A stretch of 64,000 nt of DNA from Spirochaetaceae bacterium (GTDB lineage: Bacteria > Spirochaetota > Spirochaetia > DSM-2461): assembly GCA_965224705.1 (NCBI GenBank), contig OZ245056.1, forward strand, positions 1,152,001-1,216,000. The letters run 5' to 3'. Positions 11,255-21,200 of the stretch are shown piece after piece. Each line of letters begins with the position of its first letter. The first letter of the stretch is position 1. Both the position numbers and the translations under genes were made by a program. The notes beneath the pieces were generated by a model that did not search any database, was not told where the DNA came from, and saw only the letters and a list, made by a program, of their open reading frames with translations.

Positions 11255-11522
11255 TGAGTCTGGAAAACCCGGAGCCTTCCAGAGGCGTGTGGACCGTATG
11301 AACGGCACTTTGCAGGATTGATCAAAGAGACAGCTAAAAAAAGGCGCGCGAATCAACAAGGAGGGGACATTTCCACTGTATCGCAGCACCCAGACAACAA
11401 CCCACGGCTTGCCTTGCCGGTGGCCGGGTTGCAAAAAAGGAAGCCATAGCTTAAGGCGGCGGCTTCTTCCTTTGTTTCCACGGGGGATGATTGATTCCCA
11501 TCTCCCCGCGGCTTCGGTGCTA

Positions 11523-14042
11523 TTACTCCACAGTAGTGGTGATGTCCCATAATTCATTTTTGTTAGGCGTGGTCGCCTTATCCTGAGCAAATTTTTTCTC
11601 TACTTGCATGTAAACCGTGTGGCCAGCCAGGAAATTTGTCGGGGGTATGGTGATTGTCACCGTCACTTCATCACTACCCAGAGAAACCCCTTCTGGATTA
11701 ATTATGGTTTGACTAGTAGCATCACCATAGTTATTTACAATCACTATGTTTCCGTGATTACCGATCAATCTTATGGGCTCATCTGCTGCAATGGTAAGCG
11801 AGGTTGCGCCAGTTGCTGCCGAAATTGGACTTAATGTAAACGTTGGGCCTGTCTCGTCTTCGGGGGTGGCTGATTCCTGGTTTGAGAGGTTACCCTCTCC
11901 GGTGGCGTTCGTCGCTGTTACCCCGAAGTAGTGCAGGGTAGCGTTGGGCAGATTCGGTACAACCGCAGTCGCTGCGGTTCCAGAGACCTCAACTTTGGTC
12001 GTCGGCAAGTTCGAGGCATCAAAACCACTGGTGTCATAATACACAGTATAAGCAGTGATGATTCCCACCGTGCCATTACCGCCAGTGAAGCCCGTATCGG
12101 TGAGTGCTGTCCATGAGATTGTAACTTCCCCGTCGCCTGCGGCTGCGGTTATCGTCGGTGCTCCGGGGACCGCATCCGCCGGTGTCGCTGTCGCCGGGGA
12201 GGCTAAACTCTCGTTTGAAAGAGCACCCTCTCCAGTGGCGTTCGTCGCTGTTACCCGGAAGTAGTACTTTGTGCCGTTGGTCAGAGGCGTCACGTCCGCC
12301 GTCAAGGTTCCGCCAGAGACCTCAACCTTGTCAGTCGGCTTGCTTGAGTCAGTAAAACTAGCGGTGTGATAATACACAGTATAAGCGGTGATTGGTCCAT
12401 ATGTTCCATCACTGTTGCTGAAACCCTTATGGGCGGGGGCTGTCCATGAGAGCGTAACTTGCCCGTTGCCCACGACCGTGGCGGTTATAGCCGGTGCTCC
12501 GGGGGGTGTGTTATGCGGCACTCCCACAGTGGCGGAGGCCTCGTCTGAGAGTTCACCTTCCCCAATGGCGTTCGTCGCCGTCATTTTGAAAAAAATCTCT
12601 TGGCCAACATTCTCAGGGAGGAATATGTCCCGAGTACTTAAGTTTTCATCGGCAATCGGAACAGTGCTGACCGCATCATTTTTTCCCCACGAGCTGTCAC
12701 CAGACCGAGTAGAAGAGTCGGTATAATACACCGTGTAACCGGTGATGACTCCCGGCGTGGCATCACCGTTAATGTAACCCGTAAAGGAGGGTTCTGACCA
12801 TGTGAGTTGGATGTTTCCCGCCAGGTCCGTGGCTGCGTCGGTTATATTCGGTGCTCCGGGGGGCGCATTCGGCGGCACTGTCGGGGTGTTTGATACCTGG
12901 TCTGAAGGATCACCTTCCCCGGTGCCGTTGGTTGCCGTTACCCTGAAGAAGTACTCTGTTCCACCAGTCAGGTTTGGCACATCCGCAGTCGTCGCTACGG
13001 TTCCACCAGATTCAGTGACATCAACCTTGGTAGTCGGCAGGTTCCCGGGGACAATAGTATCGGTATCATAGTACACAATATATTTTATGATGACTCCCAC
13101 CGTGCCATTATCATTAATGTAACCCGTGTCGGTGGGTGCTGTCCATGAGACCGTAACTTGTTTGTTTCCCGCGATGGTTTGGAGGTTAGTTGGTGCTCCG
13201 GGGGCCGCATCCGGTGGCACTGTCGTGGTGGCTGAACTTTCGTTTGAAGCCTCACTTTCTCCGGCGGCATTCCACGCTGTTACCACGAAGTAGTACTCTG
13301 TGCCGCCAGCCAGGCCTGTCACTTCCTTTGTCAACGTAGTGGCGCCGGTGACATCGACGGACTCAACACCCGCGGCAGTCCGATCAGTAATGGTCGATGT
13401 AGAGTAGTAGACCGTATATTTGGTGATGACTCCCGTTGTTCCATCGCCGTTGATGAAACCCGTACTGGCGGGGGCTGTCCATTCCAGTGTGACTTTCCCG
13501 GGGCCTGCGGTTGTGGAGGTTAGAGTCGGTACTCCGGGGGCCGCGTTCGCTGGCGGCACTGCCGGGGTGGCCGAGGTTTCGGTTGAAGCCGTACTTTCCC
13601 CGGTCGCATTCGTCGCTGTTACCTTGAAGTAGTACTGTGTACCGTTGGTCAGGCTCACTTCCGCTGTCAAGCCGATGGTGACATCGACTGCCGTAACACC
13701 TGCGGCAGTCAGATCAGTAATGGTCGATTCAGAGTGGTAGACCGTATACTTGGTGATGACTCCCGTTGTTCCGTCACCACCGGTGATGCCCGTGTTACTG
13801 GGGGCTGTCCATACGAGTGTGACTTTCCCATCGCCCGGGGTTGTGGTTGTTATATCCGGTGCTCCGGGGGCTGCGTTGTCGGGCACATCGTCGGGGGTGG
13901 GAGTGGGAGACGGACAGGACGCGAGCAGTACGGTGAGGAGGCTTGCGGTCAGTATGAAGGATGTTGCTGCGAACGCCGAGCGATGGTGCGTTCCGTTTGC
14001 CCTTCTGCATCGTTTGAGAGATTTGAGGTGATTCTGATTCAT
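11523..14042 (-). CDS. Surface lipoprotein with 6 fibronectin type III repeats and one C-terminal Ig-like module
   Basis: Leader ending VLLASC; six (A/P/V)PG(A/V)P...W...Y.VY...YF.VTA.N..GE repeats; final PTFT...DKATTPN module; AGGAG SD. Confidence 0.88.
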   Translation of the reverse strand: MNQNHLKSLKRCRRANGTHHRSAFAATSFILTASLLTVLLASCPSPTPTPDDVPDNAAPGAPDITTTTPGDGKVTLVWTAPSNTGITGGDGTTGVITKYTVYHSESTITDLTAAGVTAVDVTIGLTAEVSLTNGTQYYFKVTATNATGESTASTETSATPAVPPANAAPGVPTLTSTTAGPGKVTLEWTAPASTGFINGDGTTGVITKYTVYYSTSTITDRTAAGVESVDVTGATTLTKEVTGLAGGTEYYFVVTAWNAAGESEASNESSATTTVPPDAAPGAPTNLQTIAGNKQVTVSWTAPTDTGYINDNGTVGVIIKYIVYYDTDTIVPGNLPTTKVDVTESGGTVATTADVPNLTGGTEYFFRVTATNGTGEGDPSDQVSNTPTVPPNAPPGAPNITDAATDLAGNIQLTWSEPSFTGYINGDATPGVITGYTVYYTDSSTRSGDSSWGKNDAVSTVPIADENLSTRDIFLPENVGQEIFFKMTATNAIGEGELSDEASATVGVPHNTPPGAPAITATVVGNGQVTLSWTAPAHKGFSNSDGTYGPITAYTVYYHTASFTDSSKPTDKVEVSGGTLTADVTPLTNGTKYYFRVTATNATGEGALSNESLASPATATPADAVPGAPTITAAAGDGEVTISWTALTDTGFTGGNGTVGIITAYTVYYDTSGFDASNLPTTKVEVSGTAATAVVPNLPNATLHYFGVTATNATGEGNLSNQESATPEDETGPTFTLSPISAATGATSLTIAADEPIRLIGNHGNIVIVNNYGDATSQTIINPEGVSLGSDEVTVTITIPPTNFLAGHTVYMQVEKKFAQDKATTPNKNELWDITTTVE

Positions 14043-14152
14043 TTGATACTCCTATAGTCGGAAGTTTGTTTGGACTCTACAGCCCATTCACGAGTATACC
14101 CATACAATTATTATGATTTTTTTGTTTTGTCCAGGAAAAGCATCGAGATGGG

Positions 14153-14790
14153 CAGGACAATCGCATCTAATTCTATCCCTGAAAAAATACGGAGTAACTC
14201 AAAGAATGTGGAATCTCCTAAAAGCGGGGATAAACCGCAGAGGACGCAGAGGTACGCAGAGAAATACCGCATGGAAAGATTGGTCAATATTTAACCGTGA
14301 ACACTCTGCGCTCTCTGCGGTAAAAAAACCCATGAATAAAGCTTTGAATATAGGAAGGGGGATAAACCGCAGAGGCACGCAGAGGTGCGTAGAGATACGT
14401 AGAGAGAAATATGGCATAAAAAGATTGGTCAATATCTACCGTGAACACTCTGCGCTCTCTGCGGTAAAAAAACCCATGAATAAGGCTTTGAATATAAGGA
14501 AAAGGGATAAACCGCAGGGGACGCAGAGGTGCGTAGAGATACGTAGAGAGAAATATGGCATAAAAAGATTGGTCAATACTTACCGTGAACACTCTGCGCT
14601 CTCTGCGTCCTCTGCGGTTAAAAAACTTATGAATAAAGCTTTGAATATATGGAAGAGGGATAAACCGCAGAGGACGCAGAGGTACGCAGAGAAATATGGC
14701 ATAAAAAGATTGGTCAATATCTACCGTGAACACTCTGCGCTCTCTGCGTCCTCTGCGGTTAAAAAACTTATAAATAATGCGTTGAATACA
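14153..14790 (+). repeat. Tandem array of 4 hairpin modules preceded by an ISAs1-type end
   Basis: AACCGCAGAG..CGCAGAG-loop-CTCTGCG..CTCTGCGGT units near 14231, 14363, 14508, 14660; CAGGACAATCGCATCTAA at 14153. Confidence 0.9.
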
Positions 14791-14854
14791 GGAAAAGTTT
14801 CCACTCGGTGTATGGACAAGAATTGCCGCGAAGTCCCTCCCGAGTCGCCTTCGT

Positions 14855-14925
14855 TTTTGCTGCTGCGGTGCCTGCCTGTCGGCAGACAGGTCGCCTTGAA
14901 GTCTTAAAGTCCGACAGGCTTCCAG
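14855..14925. mobile_element. Partial MITE family A (one end)
   Basis: TTAAAGTCCGACAGGCTTCCAG end plus CCTGCCTGTCGGCAGACAGG palindrome. Confidence 0.6.
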
Positions 14926-15008
14926 GCTATCAGACTATTCTCGTTACAGAGTCATTTTCGCTGTTTAGGGGGATAAAAAGGCGGGAGAATTTATACATGC
15001 GTCATGGC

Positions 15009-16235
15009 TTACTTGCGCAGGATCAGCGTAAACCGTGTTTCCTCCTCCTTGAATTCCGGTTCCGTTCCGTTGTGCTTTTCCATCTCCGGCATAATGGTAT
15101 GGCTGATTCCCCTCCCCATGTCTTCCACATATCCGCAATCACGCATAACATCCCGCAGCAGTTCATTTCGGGCGGACCGGCATCCGGACTTCATCCTCTC
15201 TATGGTGATGGTGTTCGGCAATCTTCCCGGGGATATTATTTCCAGGCGATTTGAATATATCGACAGCTCCACATCTGTTTTGATTGTGTAATCCCGGTGG
15301 ATCAGCGCATTCACAAGTGCCTCGCGGATCGCATTCAGGGGATAATCCCATCGCTCAACCCTCTGGCCGCCGCCGCGCTCCTCCCGCATGGCAATATTGC
15401 GCTTTACAAAATCAAGCACCAGTTCTACAAGCCCCGGAAACAGCATTGTTCCATCGCCGGCATACAGGGGGATGAGCGGAGCGTTCAGGACTCTCCGTTC
15501 CCTGACAGAAGTCGACTTATTCTCTCCGTCGAATACACAGACCGATATGCCGCTGTTTTTCACAAGCCGTCTGGAATCCTTTCCAAAAAGCAGGACAGCC
15601 GCGATTGTCGGCATTCTGTCCCCATTGGCATCCGCTAGCAATTCCGTATCATAGAGAATGGATTTCCACTCCTTTGCATTGTCGATCGCAGGGACTTTTC
15701 GTCCCCTTATTACCCTGTTCGTGGAAAAATAATCGTAGATCCTTCTCAGATCAAGATCGGCGATTGAGGCATTGATGATCGGCTTCAGAATGAAGCTGCC
15801 GCATAGGGGCGAGGCATAATACAATCGGGCCTCCTGCTCCCTTGTGGCCTCCCGGCTGCTCGTTCCAACACGGATATAGGTTATCCATCTGGAACCGCTC
15901 TTTACCTTGTAGGGCTTGTCCGGCGCATTGTCCGGGAGGCTTACTATTCCGATGGATTTGCCGTCGATAACCAGAGTCTCCCAATGGGGAATCAGGGCGG
16001 GTTCAACGTTGTTAGAACAAAGATTGATTATCTTTTCTTCCCATTTCTTCCCGCTTGTCAATAAACCGGAGATTGAGCTGTCATCCTCAATGCCCAGCAA
16101 TATCCGCCCTCCCGAGAAATTCAGCAAGGCCCCTATCTCCTTTGTCAGGGCCTCATTGCCGATCTTTTCACTCTTGAATTCGATGGAAGACGATTCCCCG
16201 TTTTGAATAATTTCATCCAGGTCAACTTTGCGCAT
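15009..16235 (-). CDS. Schlafen/AlbA_2 domain protein with HATPase_c_4 (RecG C-terminal-like) domain
   Basis: GESSSIEFK, ALLNFSGGRILLGIEDD; AIREALVNALIHRDY, LEIISPG, RN..L, VEDMGRGI. Confidence 0.88.
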   Translation of the reverse strand: MRKVDLDEIIQNGESSSIEFKSEKIGNEALTKEIGALLNFSGGRILLGIEDDSSISGLLTSGKKWEEKIINLCSNNVEPALIPHWETLVIDGKSIGIVSLPDNAPDKPYKVKSGSRWITYIRVGTSSREATREQEARLYYASPLCGSFILKPIINASIADLDLRRIYDYFSTNRVIRGRKVPAIDNAKEWKSILYDTELLADANGDRMPTIAAVLLFGKDSRRLVKNSGISVCVFDGENKSTSVRERRVLNAPLIPLYAGDGTMLFPGLVELVLDFVKRNIAMREERGGGQRVERWDYPLNAIREALVNALIHRDYTIKTDVELSIYSNRLEIISPGRLPNTITIERMKSGCRSARNELLRDVMRDCGYVEDMGRGISHTIMPEMEKHNGTEPEFKEEETRFTLILRK

Positions 16236-18525
16236 TCTTGCGTTTCTCCCCCGTTATGGACTCGACTTCTTCCCTAAAAAGTACTATATCCTTACGGCAA
16301 TTTTTTTCGATCTCCTCCAAAAGTGGTTTGACATCTTTGTTCTTCCATTTGTTTTTTTCAAGCCATATATAGAAATAAAATGCCAGATTGCAGTATGTTT
16401 CGCTAAACTTCCAATCGGATTTGTTCCACTCCAGAATTTTGTCGATCAACCCCGATTCGCGGAAGGCTGTCAGCACCAGATACCTCCGCAGGGAAGTGGC
16501 CCTCCACTCAGGCCAAAACTCATCCAGACTGAAATCGCTGCCCAAAAGATGCAGGGCTAACGCGTCTTTGATGTACTCGTTTATCTGCAAAAAGCTGAAA
16601 ATCGGAAACAGAGTGTGGGGCAAATCGTCGTCGTTTATCTGCTGTTCAAGTGATTCAATCAAGGACTTCCAGATTTTTAGGCGGACATCCTTAAGGGAGA
16701 GAAAACAGGCCTGAAGCGACAGGCCGATGGCCTTGTTTTTGGGGAGGGATGTTCCTCTTTTTCCCTGTAGTTTCGACAGTTCATCGGCCCTGTCCGGATT
16801 GTCTCCAAAATAAAAGACGAAACACTTTGTCCACCACGGCGATTTAAGATGCTTTGCGGCACTGCTGATATTGTCAATGCCGCGTCCGGCAAAGAACTCC
16901 TGCAAGAGGTGGTGGCTGAAGCTAATCTTTCCATCAATCTCCCGAACCAGCCGTGATCGCCGGATGATTTCATCGCACAATTGCCGGGTATTGGTCGTGT
17001 GTCCCCTCTCCGCAAGCTCCCTGCCAATCATGGCGTTGAAATCATCCGCAGGCATGTCCGTCCTTTCCTCTGTGTGCATCGTAAAGGCTATTTTCCTGAG
17101 CAAAAAGTCCTTTATCTCATGATGAAACTGGAATTTCATCCCCTTTTCTTTATCCCAGCGCTCCAGCATTATCTCGGTGAATTTCTTGAACAGTTCCGTC
17201 ACATTGGCGGGAATGTCCCGGTTTTCATACTCCGCCGTCCAGGCGAATATGGTAACCAGCAGTGGAGTCAGCTCAAAGCCGTGAATCTCCCTTATTCGGC
17301 TGAGAGTCTTGTCGGCATGGTGCAGAAGGAGTTCTTCATCGCTCCTTGCCAGGTGCTTTTTATTGCTCCGGAGGCTTCTGGAAACAATTTTTTTAGCCTG
17401 ATTCACACTCAACGCTTCAATGCTGTATGAGAGATTGAAAAACTCGCCATCATTGATGTTCTCCCCGGGTCGGGAGACGCATATAAGTCTGGTACGGGGA
17501 TATTGCGGCTTAAATTCCCGCACCAAAAACTGGAGAATCTTTTTGCGTGTTTCCGGTTCTGGTATTTCATCAAAAGCATCGACAAGCAGCATGACACGGC
17601 TCTGTTCAAAGATCTCTTTACTTATGAGAATTTCACCCGAAAGGCTCTTTGATACTTCGCCGCAAAACCCGATAAAATCATTCATGCCGCTGATATGTCC
17701 GTGCATCTCCTTAGCTTGTATAAGCAATGGGAGAATTTTGGATTTTGGTTCAGGATTTCTGGCGATAAGGTATGACAGGCGCCACAGCAGAGTGCTCTTT
17801 CCTGTGCCCGCGTCGGCCTGAATAAAAACATCTTCCTCTTTTTTTATCAGTTCTTTTTCCGTCAGTTCATCAAGCGAAAGCTTCTGCCCCTTCTTGCTGT
17901 CGGTTGTGTGCCTGTAGAGTTTCAATGATGTATAGGAATCGTCAGTAACATGGGTTGTGATAACATCATCCGGATCGAAACTTTCAACCCGTTTCTTGAT
18001 GGCATCATAGTATACAAAGACATCCGCCGTCATGCCCTTCCATACTTCGGGGCAGTGCTCATCGATGAGGGGTATCATATCCTCAATATCGAGGAAACGG
18101 ATGTTATGGCCCTGCAGTTCCTGGTCGATATAGTCGCGTGCGCGTTTGTTGATTGTGCCTCTGGCGCAAAGAATCACCTCGTCCGGTTTTCGCTTTGCCT
18201 TTTCCCCCGGCACATGCACGGGTGTGTCGGCGGCGGTCCGCAGCTGGCACACAAGATTGGCGGCATTGGAAGCCGGGTTCACCGCCATGCTAATCTTACC
18301 CTTCTTGGTCTGAACGGCGATCATCCTTTGTTGTTTCAGTTTGTCTTCTTCAATGAAAAGAATGTCTTTCCCCAACTCATCCGGGCCGTGGTTTTCTCTG
18401 GGATTCCTGTACCCCAGGGAAAGAAACAGAGTTCGCACCACGTCTTCACGGAATTTCTTTTCGTCCAATTCGCCAAGACGCTTCCTTTTTTCTTCCATTG
18501 GAACGGCGATCTTCGGGTAGTCCAT
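16222..18525 (-). CDS. NACHT/STAND NTPase with N-terminal Mrr-like restriction endonuclease domain
   Basis: HGPDELGKDI..IAVQTK nuclease motif; Walker A ADAGTGKST; Walker B LLVDAFDE; TPLLV and FSHHLLQEFFAG NACHT motifs; GGAGG SD before ATG 18525. Confidence 0.85.
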   Translation of the reverse strand: MDYPKIAVPMEEKRKRLGELDEKKFREDVVRTLFLSLGYRNPRENHGPDELGKDILFIEEDKLKQQRMIAVQTKKGKISMAVNPASNAANLVCQLRTAADTPVHVPGEKAKRKPDEVILCARGTINKRARDYIDQELQGHNIRFLDIEDMIPLIDEHCPEVWKGMTADVFVYYDAIKKRVESFDPDDVITTHVTDDSYTSLKLYRHTTDSKKGQKLSLDELTEKELIKKEEDVFIQADAGTGKSTLLWRLSYLIARNPEPKSKILPLLIQAKEMHGHISGMNDFIGFCGEVSKSLSGEILISKEIFEQSRVMLLVDAFDEIPEPETRKKILQFLVREFKPQYPRTRLICVSRPGENINDGEFFNLSYSIEALSVNQAKKIVSRSLRSNKKHLARSDEELLLHHADKTLSRIREIHGFELTPLLVTIFAWTAEYENRDIPANVTELFKKFTEIMLERWDKEKGMKFQFHHEIKDFLLRKIAFTMHTEERTDMPADDFNAMIGRELAERGHTTNTRQLCDEIIRRSRLVREIDGKISFSHHLLQEFFAGRGIDNISSAAKHLKSPWWTKCFVFYFGDNPDRADELSKLQGKRGTSLPKNKAIGLSLQACFLSLKDVRLKIWKSLIESLEQQINDDDLPHTLFPIFSFLQINEYIKDALALHLLGSDFSLDEFWPEWRATSLRRYLVLTAFRESGLIDKILEWNKSDWKFSETYCNLAFYFYIWLEKNKWKNKDVKPLLEEIEKNCRKDIVLFREEVESITGEKRKNAQS

Positions 18526-19084
18526 GTCCACGCCTCCATTTCCGCAAAAACTCCCGTCATCAATCAGTAATGACAGTCATCTGCCGATCACCTTGATTAT
18601 ACCAGGCAGAACAATGTCCCTTCAAGCAAGCGAGAGATTGGTTAATATTTACCGTGAACACTCTGCGCTCTCTGCGTCCTCTGCGGTTGAGAATTCTTTA
18701 CCACGAAAGACACCAAAATTTGGTGGTTTACTTTCCAGGGTTCCTGAATAAACCCCTCCTCGCTTAGCGGAGATGCCACCTTTTCCCCACTGCTGACGAA
18801 AACCGCGCTCCCAAGTAGCTTTGAGTTCATCTCAAGGCCCTCCATGCGAAAGCCCCCCACACCTGAGCCCCCCACCTCCGTCCCCTCCGTGCCTCCGTAA
18901 GAAACTCCCTTCCAGCTAAGCGAAAGGAGGGGGGATTCTCAAGGGGGAACCCCCCCTTGAGTCGTATTTTTCTTTGTTAAACTTTCTTTTTGTCGAAAAA
19001 AAAGAAAGTTTAGGCCCAGCGGCCCGAGCGCCTGCGGCTTGAGCGTAGATAAAGCGGTCAAATCATGCTATGCTGAAAAGCATC

Positions 19085-20827
19085 ATGAAAAAGCTGGAAC
19101 AAGGCATCACTGAGTTCAAGGAATTTATCGATGAAAACTGCTACTTCGTCGATAAAACCCATCTTATCGGCTATCTCATCGACCACCCCAGCAAGGTTCA
19201 TTTAATCACCCGGCCCCGGCGCTTCGGCAAAACCCTGAACTTAAGCATGATCCGCTATTTCTTTGAGGCCCCCCCACCGGGCGGCAGTAGCGGCGATGTG
19301 CCGCCCAACGCCTCCCTTTTCGACGGCATGTCCATCACGGAACACCCCCGGTGCCGCGAGTTCATGGGACAGTATCCGGTAATCCACATCAGTTTCAAGG
19401 ACGTGAAAAAATCAACATTTGAGAAAAACCTGAATTTAATCAAAGATGTCATATCGGATGAATTCATCCGGCATGCTTATTTGCTGGAATGCGACTGCAT
19501 GTCAGCAAATGAGAAATCCTTTTTCAATAGAATCCTTCAAAAAGAAGCCGGGGAAGACGATTTCGAGAAATCAATCAAATACCTCTCCGCCTGGCTCCAC
19601 CGCGCCCACGGCAAACCACCCTACATCCTTCTGGACGAGTATGACACCCCCCTCCATTCGGCCCATGTGGATAAGTACTACGATCAGATGATCACCTTTA
19701 TCCGCAGCTTCATGGTGCAGACCTTCAAGGACAACCCCCATCTGAAACAGGCCGTGGTGATTGGCATATTGAAAGTTGCCCAGGAAAGCATATTCAGCGA
19801 TTTTAACAATCCCAGGGTCAGTACATTGCTGGATCCGGAAATTGAAGACAGCTTTGGGTTCACCGAGTCCGAGGTAGAGGCCATGACCGCCTACTTCGGA
19901 CTGGAAGACGAAATGGAAGGCATAAAAGAATGGTACAACGGCTACCTCTTCGGCGGTGATACCGTCATCTACAATCCATGGAGCATAGTCAGTTTTCTTA
20001 GCCGCCCCAGGGCCGGATTGAAACCCCACTGGATAGGCACCAGCGACAACAGGCTGATCAAGGATGTCATCAATTTAGACCGCCGGGAAGCCAAAATGAC
20101 AATAGAAAAACTCCTGCGGAAGGAGGAAGTCCGTAAACCCCTGCTGACCAACATCCCCTACCCTCAGGTGGAAAGCGACCCCGATGTGGTATGGAGCTTT
20201 CTTCTTCACAGCGGCTACCTGAAGGCCTCCGAGAGGCAGCAGGAACACAGGGACATAACATGGCGGCTTTCCATTCCCAACCTGGAGGTGGAAACCGCCT
20301 GGATTACCGTTATTTCCCGCTGGCTAAAGGAAGACATCAAAATAAACGAACACTTCACGGACTTTGTCACCGGCATCCAGGAAGTCAGTCCCCGGCACAT
20401 AGAACGGGGACTGTCCCGGATCCTTCGCGGCTTGGCTAGCTACCATGATACGGCCAGGAGCAAAGAGGAGGGGGAAGACGAGGAATCCAGACGGGAAAAC
20501 TTCTACCACGGTCTGGTACTGGGACTTCTGGCCTGCCTGAGCCCGGCTTATGCCGTTGAGAGCAACCGGGAATATGGTGAGGGCCGCCCGGACATCGTGG
20601 TACTCAAGAAGGGAAACAATCCGGCCCAGGCCGAGGAAGCCGTTCTGCTGGAATTCAAACATGGAACAGCGAAGGACGGCAAAGCCCTGGAAGATTTAGC
20701 CCGTGAAGCCCATACCCAGGCGGTAATGAAGTACATGGACGGAGTAAGGAACAAATGGCATCCGCAGCGGCTGCTTGTTCTGGGGGCGGGGTTCAAGGGC
20801 AGGGAACTGGCGGTTTTTTACGATTGA
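19085..20827 (+). CDS. AAA-ATPase-like + PD-(D/E)XK nuclease protein, tandem copy 1
   Basis: YFVDKT, RPRRFGKT, LLDEYDTP, WYNGY, YNPWS, IPNLEV; SNREYGEGRPDI..LEFK nuclease. Confidence 0.92.
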   Translation: MKKLEQGITEFKEFIDENCYFVDKTHLIGYLIDHPSKVHLITRPRRFGKTLNLSMIRYFFEAPPPGGSSGDVPPNASLFDGMSITEHPRCREFMGQYPVIHISFKDVKKSTFEKNLNLIKDVISDEFIRHAYLLECDCMSANEKSFFNRILQKEAGEDDFEKSIKYLSAWLHRAHGKPPYILLDEYDTPLHSAHVDKYYDQMITFIRSFMVQTFKDNPHLKQAVVIGILKVAQESIFSDFNNPRVSTLLDPEIEDSFGFTESEVEAMTAYFGLEDEMEGIKEWYNGYLFGGDTVIYNPWSIVSFLSRPRAGLKPHWIGTSDNRLIKDVINLDRREAKMTIEKLLRKEEVRKPLLTNIPYPQVESDPDVVWSFLLHSGYLKASERQQEHRDITWRLSIPNLEVETAWITVISRWLKEDIKINEHFTDFVTGIQEVSPRHIERGLSRILRGLASYHDTARSKEEGEDEESRRENFYHGLVLGLLACLSPAYAVESNREYGEGRPDIVVLKKGNNPAQAEEAVLLEFKHGTAKDGKALEDLAREAHTQAVMKYMDGVRNKWHPQRLLVLGAGFKGRELAVFYD

Positions 20828-20929
20828 TAAGCTCCGATAATGCCGACTTAAACCCCCGAATTTTTGGATTTCTGGGGTGTGAAATGCTATTGTCACGATT
20901 AAACGTCAATATGCGTGAGCCAGGTTCAA

Positions 20930-21145
20930 TAAACCCATGAATAAGGCTCTTTGAGTATATGAAAGGGGATAAACCGCAGAGGACGCAGAGGTACGCAGAG
21001 AAATACAGCATAGAAAGATTGGTCAACACTTACCGTGAACACTCTGCGCTCTCTGCGGTTATAAAAAAAGGATTCTTCAGCTTTGCGTTCATCCAAAGCC
21101 CCCCCGCAACCACAGAGCCACCACCTCCGTGCCTCCGTGAGCCCC
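20930..21145 (+). repeat. Hairpin module plus CTCCGTG-repeat module between AAA copies (also ~23049-23280, ~25186-25417, ~27323-27570)
   Basis: Same unit as the 14.2-kb array, followed by CCACCTCCGTG(CCCTCCGTG)CCTCCGTGAG. Confidence 0.88.
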
Positions 21146-21200
21146 CCCTCCACACCCCCGTATAGATGAAACAGCCAAACCATGCTATGTTTAGTATGGC

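Noticed and set aside
14113..14907. 264-aa ORF and similar short ORFs across the repeat arrays
   Set aside because: They are translations of the hairpin repeats (REHSALSASSAV etc.) with no independent coding signal.
18925..19015. Hairpins CTCAAGGGGG/CCCCCTTGAG and AAACTTTCTTTTT/AAAAAGAAAGTTT upstream of the AAA array
   Set aside because: Single occurrence in the window; could be a REP-like or terminator element but cannot be assigned.
20455..20500. Internal translation start before the nuclease domain of the AAA genes (GAGGAGG in the acidic linker)
   Set aside because: No suitably spaced in-frame start codon follows; the purine run is explained by Glu/Gly codons.
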